Below are positions 39,501-50,500 of a stretch of 61,665 nt of DNA, piece by piece; positions within the stretch are counted from its first letter, which is position 1, and every line of letters begins with the position of its first letter. The stretch comes from Phoronis australis (lineage: Eukaryota > Animalia > Phoronida), in the NCBI GenBank assembly GCA_002633005.1, contig NMRA01000456.1, positions 1 to 61,665 on the forward strand. Reading direction: 5' to 3'. The notes beneath the pieces are model-generated. The model saw only the letters and a list, made by a program, of their open reading frames with translations, was not told where the DNA came from and did no database searches. The position numbers were made by a program, and so were the translations under genes.

Positions 39501-40338
39501 TTGTGAAAGCTGGAATGGGCACGTTAAGTCTTTAGAAGCCCATGAAACCACATGTCCACATGTCTCAGTCAGACACTTTTAGACTTTTCAGTTGAAATTC
39601 GAATCAGAATTAGCAATGCCAAGCCAACAAAATAAATATTTGTTTTAAGACTTCTATTTTTCACTTTTGAATGGCATTCAATCCAAACAAATTTTTGCTA
39701 GAAGTGTTAACTCGCCTTATTTCTTAAAAAATAGAACTGTCTCCCCACTGATAGAAGACCAATGCAGATTGTTGAAATGCACCCAGGGTGTGCCTCTGCG
39801 GGTGCTTTTAGTGTCATAAAAATGGCCATTAGATGGTGCAGAATCCGTCAAGTCTGGGAAGGGAAGGTGATGTTGTTTCTAATACAAAATTGTTTGCCAA
39901 ATTTCATGAAAATATGCCACGGAACTCAGAAGATACAGAGGCAAACACATCAAAGGCATTAAAACAGACACGGGACAGTGAAATTGGTTCATGAATTGCA
40001 GTCATTTTGAATTGAAGGGAACTGCTCTACTCTGTTTTCACCGATTATTGGATGGGGAATATTGTGAGGAATATGCAGTGAGTGCAGTAATAAAAAGGCG
40101 TCTCTTAATTAATTGCCTCCTGGCAATTAGTCTTTCGTCGATTGGTTAGAATACTTGAGTTTGACACACAGATTACCGGACGGGTTCAAATCATGGAGCA
40201 AGCTGATTTTCACCATAATACAATAACTCAATAACATGTCGTTTGCCATAAAAACCATTCCCGAATTGAACTCCAAAACATTCTTCATACTATAGTCCGG
40301 TTACCTATTTTCGTCAGGCTCCAAAGTTCGTCCGCCAT
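12405..40338 (-). CDS. ELMO: ELMO/CED-12 engulfment and cell motility protein gene (multi-exon, whole span)
   Basis: Hand-spliced exons match ELMO motifs ([49 protein letters not shown]) with consistent intron phases. About 70 aa of the PH domain not found, probably in gap 15337-15745. Five exons present twice. Confidence 0.95.
12713..12869. mobile_element. Short hAT-like MITE
   Basis: CAGTGGCGGAT ... ATCCCCCCCTG termini; direct repeat (CTG)AGGAC on both sides. Confidence 0.65.
13680..13800. repeat. Degenerate ~30-bp tandem repeat
   Basis: Recurrent ACCAAATATAGACATGCAAGAA-like units. Confidence 0.55.
16270..16371 (-). CDS. ELMO: ELMO exon (start of PH domain)
   Basis: [34 protein letters not shown]; AG/GT. 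Confidence 0.9.
17739..17845 (-). CDS. ELMO: ELMO exon
   Basis: [35 protein letters not shown]; AG/GT. Confidence 0.92.
18015..18525. repeat. 34/36-bp minisatellite derived from an ELMO exon end plus splice donor
   Basis: Units CAGTACTTA(C/T)ATGATTGGTTTGGCCTGAGAC at 18248, 18284, 18318, 18354, 18388, 18424, 18458, 18491, degenerating leftwards. Confidence 0.9.
18501..18670 (-). CDS. ELMO: ELMO exon
   Basis: [56 protein letters not shown]; AG/GT. Confidence 0.92.
18666..18900. repeat. Degenerate ~50-60-bp tandem repeat overlapping an ELMO splice acceptor
   Basis: Units resembling GCACCTAAA(C)ATATGAGCTGAGATATATGACTCCAGGCTG. Confidence 0.7.
19012..19148 (-). CDS. ELMO: ELMO exon (ELMO domain)
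   Basis: [45 protein letters not shown]; AG/GT. Confidence 0.93.
20611..20719 (-). CDS. ELMO: ELMO exon
   Basis: [36 protein letters not shown]; AG/GT. Confidence 0.93.
20983..21087 (-). CDS. ELMO: ELMO exon
   Basis: [35 protein letters not shown]; AG/GT. Confidence 0.93.
21580..21845. repeat. 47-bp minisatellite containing an ELMO splice donor
   Basis: CATACCTC at 21603, 21650, 21696, 21743, 21790, 21837. Confidence 0.9.
21842..21961 (-). CDS. ELMO: ELMO exon
   Basis: [40 protein letters not shown]; AG/GT. Confidence 0.92.
22192..22308 (-). CDS. ELMO: ELMO exon
   Basis: [39 protein letters not shown]; AG/GT. Confidence 0.92.
22720..22990. repeat. ~30-bp minisatellite (also at ~30030-30300)
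   Basis: Units like ATGTGCTTATATGAGAAGCACAGAATTAC. Confidence 0.85.
23432..23482 (-). CDS. ELMO: ELMO exon (copy A)
   Basis: [17 protein letters not shown]. Confidence 0.88.
23745..23823 (-). CDS. ELMO: ELMO exon (copy A), GC donor
   Basis: [26 protein letters not shown] followed by GCAAGT. Confidence 0.88.
24065..24166. mobile_element. Small palindromic MITE (also at ~31375-31478)
   Basis: TAGTC..TATAAC..GCCCACATTTTGAGAACC ... GGTTCTCAAAATGCGGGC..GTTATA..GACTA. Confidence 0.6.
24520..25410 (-). mobile_element. DINE-1/Helentron-like (HINE) repeat (duplicate at ~31830-32700)
   Basis: Internal degenerate repeats with CCACTAG cores and terminal hairpin ATGCGTCCA..TGTGGG. Confidence 0.65.
25798..25961 (-). 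CDS. ELMO: ELMO exon (copy A)
   Basis: [54 protein letters not shown]. Confidence 0.88.
26417..26516 (-). CDS. ELMO: ELMO exon (copy A)
   Basis: [33 protein letters not shown]. Confidence 0.92.
27950..28119 (-). CDS. ELMO: ELMO exon (copy A)
   Basis: [56 protein letters not shown]. Confidence 0.9.
29556..29950 (-). mobile_element. Relatively young DINE-1/Helentron-like (HINE) copy
   Basis: On the minus strand TTTTATGCGCCCAC..GTGGACGCAT terminal hairpin followed by (GTCC)n microsatellite; absent at the matching site of copy A (A-run near 22636). Confidence 0.72.
30742..30792 (-). CDS. ELMO: ELMO exon (copy B)
   Basis: [17 protein letters not shown]. Confidence 0.88.
31050..31128 (-). CDS. 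ELMO: ELMO exon (copy B), GC donor
   Basis: [26 protein letters not shown] followed by GCAAGT. Confidence 0.88.
33091..33254 (-). CDS. ELMO: ELMO exon (copy B)
   Basis: [33 protein letters not shown]...QHLT. Confidence 0.9.
33696..33795 (-). CDS. ELMO: ELMO exon (copy B)
   Basis: [33 protein letters not shown]. Confidence 0.92.
35231..35400 (-). CDS. ELMO: ELMO exon (copy B)
   Basis: [13 protein letters not shown]...[25 protein letters not shown]. Confidence 0.9.
36752..36802 (-). CDS. ELMO: ELMO exon
   Basis: [17 protein letters not shown]; AG/GT. Confidence 0.9.
37280..37355 (-). CDS. ELMO: ELMO exon
   Basis: [25 protein letters not shown]; AG/GT. Confidence 0.9.
38045..38085 (-). CDS. 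ELMO: ELMO exon
   Basis: [13 protein letters not shown](K); AG/GT. Confidence 0.88.
39385..39509 (-). CDS. ELMO: ELMO N-terminal exon
   Basis: [39 protein letters not shown] then GTGAGT; ATGs at 39501 and 39465; likely acceptor AG at 39510-39511. Confidence 0.85.
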
Positions 40339-40342
40339 CTTG
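40305..40342 (-). promoter_or_regulatory. Putative ELMO first exon / TSS region with YY1 motif
   Basis: CAAGATGGCGG (YY1-type) on the minus strand in a CpG-richer patch; AG|GTAACC donor at 40305; ATG at 40338 splices in frame to the next exon. Confidence 0.55.
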
Positions 40343-42889
40343 TTTCGCGTGCAGCGCAACCACGCGGGACTTAGCGTTCCAATTTGGAGTGCTCGTCTGC
40401 ACGTTAGGTACTAACTTATCGGAAGAGACACGTATCAAAGTAATGAGACAAAAATCGGTGAGTTTACCGATTGTTTTTTAAAACCACTTAAAAATCAGTA
40501 GATTTTACTAATACACTTTTTTGTGCGTTTTCAGAAGATGTTTTCGAATTTAAATTTTCTTCCGACGGGACACAAAACATGATCCAGGGTTTGTTTATGC
40601 AATGTATCTGTTTGTCCCAGGCACTAGTAGGATCTAGAAGGCCAAAGGAAAAATCCGCAGACAAATGCGATACGCTGGGTTCTTAACATTTTTGCCTCAC
40701 GTTCACCATTAAACTGCATTGAAATGTTGTCCAATTGGCTTTTATTGGAAACCACAGTGCAGAGCTCAACATCAAAACTTCAAATCGAGTTTATGTCAAT
40801 AAAAACAGGCTGTTGCAATTTTCATTACTTCGTTGGCCTTTTTCTGCATGTTTCTCAGTTTTTACAAAAGGGGGCAGCATATGACGAACTTAGGTGTCAC
40901 AATAAAATGGCTGCCGAAGGCAGTGCACATTTGAAATAACTCGGCACAAATTAAAGAAAACTTCCGAATCGATGAATGCGGTATATCTGTGAGAGTTAAA
41001 TCGAATCCTATTCAGATCATAACTTTGAAGTGGAATAATTCGGTGAGTACAACAGCAAGTCGGTTTTATGCTTAGGCGGACGAACATTGGGTTCCCCAGT
41101 ATACTTTGCGAGACCGGTGGCGCTATCTTAGCGAATGGTTACGAGCTGGAACAACACAATCAATACTGACCGTGGCATGGCATGGGCATGTGGATTTCTC
41201 TACCCCAGTCTACAGTCAGATGTAATTTCAGTGACTAATTTATGAACTAGTAACGTGAACGTACATAAAGACAGGTGATCACTGGAAGTAAATGGTTCGC
41301 TTTCACCACCTAGTCGTCACACCCAGGGCAATACCGTAGCTGGCCTTGTGAAATGTACCAAGTGAAATGAAGTTATCGAAGAATGAGTAACCGCCGATCT
41401 GATGAAAGGCCCGAAACTGAAAGTTATCAGATTATAAGACAAACAACAGAATTTCCTGTGCTCTAATTAACTTGGATGAAAATTTGGATGAGGTTGCACA
41501 ACAAAAGCACAACTTACACGAGCAGAATCAGGAAGTATAATAACACTCGAATTCTTCCTCACGCGGCCACTTCCGTCTTCAATGATAGTGTTGTATCCGA
41601 TGTTAACGAGTGCACCGTCTTGAGGTAGCGCACGATCCCCGTGACATAAGTTTTATACAACAGATAAGTAGGAATGTATGCTTTATGATTTTTACTCATA
41701 AATATAATCTACATTACATTTCACGCATTACAAGTTCATTTGCGGCTCTCTAGGTCCAAACTAAGCTGGGCTGATTACATGATCCGACTGTCGTACACTA
41801 TGTCAAATACTGTGCCGTGTCAAGAGACAGCTGCGGAAGTTCGAATCCTATCGAAAGGCCGAAGTTACCGTTTCGCTCTGGTGAAGCCCAATGAACCTTT
41901 TAGAGGTGGTAAATGTGGAGTATCAAAAATTTTTGACAAATGAAATGATAACTAGTATGCAAACACACAAACTCAATTGGATCGTGCAGTTTGGGATGAA
42001 TGCCCTATAAGATACTGATAAAGCCTAGTCATCTCTTTTATTTGATGAGACCGGAGGCGCTCCCACGTCCGACGGCCTGACATTAGTCCGGCGTAGCCGC
42101 CCTGTGGTTGCAGTTAATTGAGTCTGGTCAATGGGCCCATTTCAGATTTGAAGCAAAAATGTCAAAAATTAAAACGGATCATAGGTCCTGTAAACAGGCC
42201 GTGCGGCCGCTAACTTGAAGTTCTCGGTACTAACCTTCTTGGATTCGCATTCTTTTCAGTGGGCAGTTATATCTGACTTAGTAATACTTTTAAGTATTAC
42301 AAAAAAGCACAATTAAAATTGTGCTTTTTTGTTTCACTGCGTTCACAAATTGTTATTTAGTCTCATGACTCTTGTGGACCTCAAATAATTGTTACCATGC
42401 TGAGATCAGTGACCGTGACAAATTTTGTACCCCGGAGTTATTGTGCGCCACAATGCCGGGGCCGTGAAGGCCGGGCTTGTTTTCACAGCGCCAAAAACTA
42501 GAATTGCCTGAGGAAACAATATTTTTAAGGAAAAAGTTTATCCTCTGTAGCTGCGGACCATGGCCAGGACTTAATTACCTGAAGGTGTTGCCCTCTTTTA
42601 ACTTCTATACTCAAAATTAATGCGAAATCCCAGCCGTCTTCGCTCATATCACGTTGGATGTTCAATGCACAAATGAATGTACGTTTGCGTGAAGAGTTCG
42701 AAAAACATCATGCGGCAAGCTGTTTTATGGGCGGCGCAGCGTTGAAAAAGTGGAGAGCCTAAACTCCCTCAGCCCCCCTGTGGTGCACCGCCTATAGACC
42801 ATGTCCGGCGTAGCACTGAAAAAAGTGGGGGCTATAGCCACCCCCCCCCCCTCCCCCCAGCATCCCTGGTGCGCCACCGACCATGTGTT

Positions 42890-43090
42890 TGGTAAAGGCC
42901 CGAACGACAGTGAGCAGGCCGCTCAGGGTAGGCTCATTGCACTAGCCACCTGCAACCACTTCACGCTTACAAAGCTGAGGATTTAGAAACTTGACAAAAG
43001 GGTCTAGCAATGGGCCCTCAGATGGGACTCGAACACCCGACGACCACGAATGGAGGAAGCGGACATTCATCCCACCACGCCACACCGCGT
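42890..43090 (-). mobile_element. tRNA-derived SINE head
   Basis: Pol III A box TGGCGTGGTGG (43072-43082) and B box GTTCGAGTCC (43025-43034) on the minus strand; no proper cloverleaf. Confidence 0.5.
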
Positions 43091-44357
43091 GAAAAAATGA
43101 GTATTAGGACTTGGCTTCCTGGTCCAATACAACATTTTAATGAGGAATTCTCAGCTCTTAGCGCTGTTGCTCTTGAAATATAGAGCGTCAACCATGCTTT
43201 CCAATTTACAGGGATCGCGTAAACTAACGACTCTTGTATTGTCTTTTTCGGTCAAATTTCGATGAACAACATTTCAGTCTGAGTAGTGTTCACAGATTCT
43301 TTCACTATCGTGTAGACCTGCGTGTCACCCCGTTCCAGAGCTTGTTCTTTGCGAATTATCAACTGAAATCGGAAAACTGAATAGCATCCGACAGATTTTG
43401 TTCCCAGTCCCCGACCCTGTATATCCTTACACTACAGCTACCCCCACCTTCCGATTAGCTAAAACCGACTCTCACAGCGCCACTTTCACGCGGGGCATAC
43501 AGAGATGAACAACACGCAGAAATACGTGGATAGGCATCAGTTTGTGTGCCTTGGCTTGGACTTTTATCGTATAATTCTACAAATGATACGGGAATGAGAC
43601 AGAAAAGAATGAATCATTTTGTTGTTTGATTTGTCATTTTGTAATTTTGCGTGCGACAAAAACAAATTTCTTGTAGAATCTAGGCTCTAGGCTATCGAGT
43701 TAGTCTGTTCTCATGTTAGCGGCAACCCGAGCCACAAGGCATTTCTCAATATAGTACGGAGCTGCATTTCACAACATTAGCTAATGGGAATGTTTTCAAA
43801 ACTTTTCTTTTTCATTCATTTGGAATGTTCGAATGTTACTTAGTTCTCTTATCAATTATAAACCATGTTGCATGACCCACAGTGTTACATCACCTACGTC
43901 GCTGGGAGCGTAGTTAAAACGCGGTACAATGACTGCCGTTATGAGGTGATGTTGCGATGACCAGAGCTGGGAGCCTTGGACCAACACAACATTGGCCTTC
44001 TTACCCACTCCCCATAACAAACNCAAACACATCCTCCGTTTTAGGTAGGTGCATACAATACCAATTTTAGAACTACACCTGCAAATTATTGCAAACAATG
44101 TCAATATGATCATCAGTAAATAAAATTTTTATTCTGCCTCATCATTTTCCTAAAAAGTCGAATCTTAAAAAGTCATTGTTCACTTGATATAGATTGGATT
44201 GAGCCTCCAAATGTCACGCAACGTGAAGGCCGCAGACTCAATTGAAGAGTAGATGTTCTGAGCAACGGTCAATTCTATCTGGATTCTGGTATTGAATTTT
44301 CGACAAGTTCTTCGTTGTGAAGTCAAAGTTCATGTTGCCGTCAAACGGAGCTCTACG

Positions 44358-44507
44358 TCAACATGGCGACTGTGTTGTGACTGTAGAGTTGTCTGTCTGC
44401 ACCCAGTTAGGCATGTCACCCAAGCCCAACAGAGCATAACCCCACGTGTTCAGAGTCAGTTGTAGGCAAAGTATGCAGACAAAATTCATTAAAACCCCAG
44501 CTTTCAC
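44358..44507 (-). CDS. SLC13: SLC13 last coding exon
   Basis: [49 protein letters not shown]. Confidence 0.9.
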   Translation of the reverse strand: MKAGVLMNFVCILCLQLTLNTWGYALLGLGDMPNWVQTDNSTVTTQSPC

Positions 44508-47500
44508 CTAAAAAAGGAGAGTGTTCGAGTATAAACATCAAAACATGTTACAACATTTTCCGAGAAGAGTTTAAAACATGAGCATAAAGTACATAATGTA
44601 ACTGGTCGATGCATGCACCCATACGTGTACGTGCGTGGGTTGCGTTTGCAAATGAAGAGCTTCATTTAAAAAGTTCTGTCTTCAGTAAAAGTTTCCGCTG
44701 TATCAAGGTCACGTTGTCCGATGTAATTTGCCAATCTAATGTACATCATGTTTTTCAGTTGTTTTAAGTTACCATAATAAAGTGTTTTAACAAAACGTTT
44801 TAGAATTTGACAGATACATATTTCATTGACGACACGACTTTGATCTGTTTTTACTAGTTTAATCTAAGTTCTTTCAAACTCTCTAAATAGAGATCTTGGA
44901 CCTGTTCCAAGAAACTGACTTAAGTTCATTTTTGACTTAAGTGTAAGATTTGTCTTAACTTCCATACTTTGAAATTTCCACATCCAGTAAGATAGTTAAA
45001 ATTAGGACAAAACTTTTATCAAAAACTTAATTCAAATTTAAGACCTCTTTCTTGAAACGGTCCTGAGACAAATTTAAGTTTTATCATAAAAAAAACTAAA
45101 ATTTAAGATTTGTCTTAGCTAAGTCAGTTTTGTTGGAACGGGCCCCTTGTCTTTACATCACAACAGTGCATTAAAAATCCAAACGACATCAGTAGGTATC
45201 ATATTTTAAAAAGCGATATTTTGGAGACACGTATCTCATCTTCAGGCTACTATTTACAACTAGTTCCCAGTGAAACGCACATCAGAATTGTCATTTTAAA
45301 ACATTTGGGAAAAATCAAATATTTTCATAATTTAAGACTAGTGGACTGTATTTTAACAATGTTTAGCACAAAAACGCAAAAACTGCTAAGTCACCAACAG
45401 CGTAATTCCAAAAGGTCACCCTAACTTGTCCTAGCACGGCTAAAACGAGCATACCATGTCTAGCACTCGGAAGATTTCCATAGGCAAATACAATGGCATT
45501 AGGCGGTGTAGCTACAGGCAACATGAAGGCAAATGACGATGAGATGGTTGCCGCAACCATGAACATCAACGGGTTAACATCCATAGCAATCGCCTGAAAT
45601 AGAACACAAATGGACACAGGCAACATCTAAAAGGTAGACCAGAGGAAAGGAGGTACCGCACAGTTAGAATGAAACCGCGGCCAAAATTTTTGAGATAGGC
45701 CACGTTTGGCGGCAGTTTCGAGGTAAGGTACGCATCGCGATTAGGTTCAGTGGATCTGGTTTACTTGTGGTTTTGAATATGTGAATCAGAAAAGTCCACT
45801 AGTTTGGTTGTAGATTTCCTTTATTCAAAATGGCGGCTCCTTTTAGCAATGCTGTGTTGCAGTTCATTTAATGAAGAATCTGCTGCGTTTTCAAGTAGCC
45901 CTCAAACAACTTAGAATTGCAAAAAAATCTGATAGGTGGCACCTCTTTTGAGCCACATGTGTGGAATCTGTAGTAAATTCGTTTTTCCAGTCTAGTTTTG
46001 GCTTGTTTCGAGCATTGGCGAGGAAGAAGTGGTTTTGGGCTTAAAAGTGCCAATTTTGCGTTTTTGTCGCATTTTTTCTGATCCCGTTTTTCTGTTCGAT
46101 GAAAGTGAACGGGCCAAAAATATGAGACAGAATTAAGTTGCCGTGGTGATATGCAGCGCTTTCGATGTCAAATGACTCGCAACTTAAAGCATTTTGTTCA
46201 TGGAGTTTTTGACAGAATAGAGGAACGGCAAGGTGGAAAATCCAGGTAAAACCCAATGAGAACTGCTCCGTGCTCCCAAAGCAGTTATTGCCTGAAGCAG
46301 GACTGCAACATCAGAAGCAACAGTATTAGTAGTGGTAGTGGTAGTGATATGCCAACTGTGGTTGCAGAACACTAATCCTACACCCAGAGTTGCGACCAAG
46401 GTGCTGTGTTTATGTAAAATTTAAACATTACAGCAATATGCTTTACACTTAATTTGACAAAAAGCCCACAATGACAAGTAAAAGGAAACTAACTCTTAGT
46501 TAATCGTTTTGAAGATTTCAGTCAAAAATCGCTCTATCGCCTGCATATGTTTAACTAGTAACCTCGCCTTCTTTCCCCTAGCGAAAGAAAACATTACTAC
46601 CCTAAAGCACATCCGCAATGTGCATAACAAAGAACATCTTGTAGTTCGTGGAGGTCGGTATTTTCCCCACAACCGTCGATTCACTCGCCTGGCATGAAGC
46701 GTTAGTCACGCTGGCAGATTTAGGAATTAAGATTATGAACTCTAATCAAAATTCATCAAGGTTGGCGAGGATCACAGAACTGTTTGGTCAAGATTCCTGT
46801 GAATTTCAGGTAGTTCACAGGCTTGAACTGGATAAGTATCCCTGGATCACCCGCCGCAATAGCCGGTTCACGAACTGTCGGCCATAACATTTGGTTGTTG
46901 GCTTAAAGCGCACCAGAGGCAGTAGCTGTGGTCGTGGAAGTAGATTACACACAAGAGCAGCGGACGCAGTGCATGACGCAGTTGCCGCTTGCATACGAGG
47001 AAGCACGGACTTCTGAGCTATTCAGAAGTACGACGAATATTATAAAAACCTCAAAAAATCAGCAATTTATTCCACCATAGTACATAATCTGTGATTCCAC
47101 CGACTTACCACCTCAGCCACTATAGGAAGGAATACCGTGGTAGTAGATATGTTACTGGTAAACTCTGTAATGCCAGCCACCAAGAAACTGATCACCATCA
47201 ATACAGCCCAGACTGGTGCTACGGACAGCACCGTTAACTTCTGTCCAAGCCACGCAGAAAGTCCCGATTTCTGAAACGGTGTACCGACAAAACTGAATAA
47301 AGACTACAAGACTGCACGACATATCGAAATAACGTTTTTGTCTAGTAAGTATGACACATGTTTGTATTTCATTTAAGTGACACAGGTGCCCCGATCGAGA
47401 GTAGAACCACTGGAACATTGTATAAATACACAACAACGTAAATTGATCTCCTGTCGCATCATGGCTTATAAGTTGTCGTGAAAACAACAGCAACAAAATG

Positions 47501-50500
47501 CCAATAAAAGAATTGTACATTAAAAATTTTCTTCGTTCTAAAGCTGACGAATAAAATTTCCAAGAATTTTCAAATCATTATCTAACATGTGCGAGAGGAA
47601 GGTCTCGCAGAACTCCGACCAAAAAACCCGGGAAGAACGGGCCAAATGCCGTTTAGACATATCAAATATACGTACTTTTGTGTAACATATCTTTGTTTCT
47701 AAATAGCTCTTAAAGAACGCACGTTACGATCTTAAACAACCAACAGGGGTGGCCACGGTAGTCGAATTGGCCCCAAAATCAATAAATGTACATTTTAGTG
47801 TGTCACATTTAATATCACGATTCTGCCAAAACGGTTTACGAGAAAACCGAAGGACAAGTAAGAGTAACGACGGAAGGGAGGACTACGGAATTGATACTGC
47901 CTATGTGAGATCACATTTTTGTGGATGTAAAAATGTAATAATAAGCTTCACTGACAACTAGTCCCCAATAGCTTTCTCCATGTAACGACGAAATTTAATT
48001 TTGGGACCTCCTGTTATTGCACTTCCCCAAAGTCGGCCTTACAGACAAATTTTCCGGAAAACACTCACCACTGTTTCGTTTTATTTACTCTGTTTTGTCC
48101 CAGATACAAAATACAGAGTCTGAGAAAAGACTCGGTGTTTTACAATTGATAGCAGTTTCAGCATAAGCACAACCTGTTTCCGGAAACAACTTCCTGTGCC
48201 GGCATTTTTGTCCTATATTCCTTTTCTATGATATCCGTGGAACTGCCCAGGCAGCATTTTCCTTACCGGAAATGTCTATGACGCATGAATTTGCTTGTAA
48301 CCTCATTCTTCTACCAATCCACGTAGTGCGGCATAATGACAAGGACTGCACGTGAATATTAAAAGATCATGCACCCCAACAGACATTAAACTAACTTTAA
48401 AAGGGTGATCTCGAAATATAATGTCTGATGCTTAGGCCTACTAATTTTACTACCCCCTGACCCCCGCTTTCGTGCGGAATTTTGCGGAGCCGCTCCGTCG
48501 CCCAATCACTGGGTTCCTACACCCATTCAAACCTGTGCAGCATCGGCTAAAGCGAAACCTCCTCCCAACAGAAATATTACATCCCAGGCTAACTTCTGCT
48601 GAACTTTCTTCCATGTCAATAAAGCAGGCACTGGTCCTGACTTGCTGTTATCTGTAAAGTGAAAGAAAGGACACCAGGACGATGTGCAAGGCGTGGCGGT
48701 GGACAGTGGTAGAGCTCTTGGCTTTCCATTTGGGGCCATTGCAAACACTGATTCAAGCTACACTCAACTCTAAGGTCAGAACGAGTACCAGGACGTGAAG
48801 GGAAGAGATGTAGACTGAAGAATAATAATTGTGCTGACTGTATCATTTGTCAAAGGGCAGCATGTAGTCGGAGTATTAATAATGCGAAGTGTTCAGAAAC
48901 AAAGTTGCCAAGTTGGTGCATCCGGCTTATTGTATAGGATTTTCCAAACAATGCTTGTTAAGAGTTTAACATTTGGACTTTAAAATAAAACGTTCAAGAG
49001 TAAATTTGTTTCGTCGTTCCTTACATTCAACTCACCGTTTCGGGCACGACAGCAGAAAAAATTTGGTCTCTGTGACGGGAATATGAAGAGCGCGAAGACA
49101 ATGAGCATGCCTGTGGCCGCATCAGTCACGTATCTAAAGGAGCAGGATGACCTGTATTTAGCACAGGATTGTAAGACTGCACTCAGTGTTTAGAATATTT
49201 CAATTGTTTTGAATATCATAATAAATTTTAATCATTTGGGCTATTATCGTCGACAACAACGAGCATCAAAAATGTTAGTATCACAGCCAGGCTGGATAGT
49301 TGCAAGAGAAATAACTAGCCACGTGATACTCACTAACCGTAACAACGAATGAGTACACCGTAACTCTGCCCAAACACCTCTCTTGTTGGCGAAATTTTTT
49401 CCCCAAACGAACGATGGTTAATATTCTCCGATGGTATATCTTTGCTTTGTATCGTTATCCTTTTAAAAACATATGCAAGGGACGACTGAAACGAAACTGT
49501 CAGGTTTACCCGTCTTCTAGTAATGCCGACCATCCATCAATGAACTCCGGTTTTCTGGTCAACCACAGCAAAGCGAGTGCCGTAAAGTGCACTAATACTG
49601 CTATTTCAGCAAACCTATAATGACAAATTCATTGTTTGTGTAGGCAAGTCACCAAACAGTAAAGTTACTGCACATTACAGGGGCGCACCCAGGGGGGGGG
49701 CTCGGGGGGCTCGAACGAGCTCCCCAATTTGGCAAATTGGGCAAAAAGGTCCGACACAGTGAAACAAAATGTCCAAGTAAACGAGACAGAAGTCCACAAC
49801 AGCAATGGGAAGTCGGCGCGGATACACATTTCATGGGCCCAAACCTAGTGGGTCCGTTTTTTTAGTCCTCGTTGATTTCAGTAAAAGGTCAGCATATCGA
49901 AAAAATTCGAGCCCCCTATATTTTAGGCTGGGTGCGCGCATGTCATTACCACGCCTCTGCTTTTTGCAGAACCATTTATGCCAGAGCGTCGCTTCAGTAG
50001 GCGTATAACACACGTGACCTGCAATCCAAGGGTTTGCTTCATGAGAACAGGGTAGAGCTCAGTTGCTGTGTTGCGGTTAGAAAAATCTAGCCAAAATTAC
50101 GTGTTCTCATTTAAAATACACTGCAATATATCACGTAATCTCGCGAAGTCTTGCTTTTTAGTGAGGTCCCAACTTAAGTTCCTAGCATTACTGAACTGTA
50201 ACCTGGCTCAAGAGCGTAAAACCAAATTTATGTCGCAAGTCTTCCGTCACATTCATTACACACACGCTAGGTACTAAAAATTTGTGACATGATTGTTGAC
50301 ATTATATCCTTTTGTTCCAGCATGCGTCACCTTGTCCCTCAGTCACAAAGTTGAAAAATGCATTATTAACATTACAAGGTGACTCCTAGTCAAAGAACCT
50401 TCCTGTGCTCTGCAGGATTCATGATTCATCGCTTTTGTGGCCCGAAATTCAATTTTTTGCCTATGTCATTTTAATAAGAATAAGTCATTTTAAATAATAA

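Noticed and set aside
43015-43090. tRNA gene
   Set aside because: A and B boxes are present but acceptor and anticodon stems do not form; better explained as a SINE head
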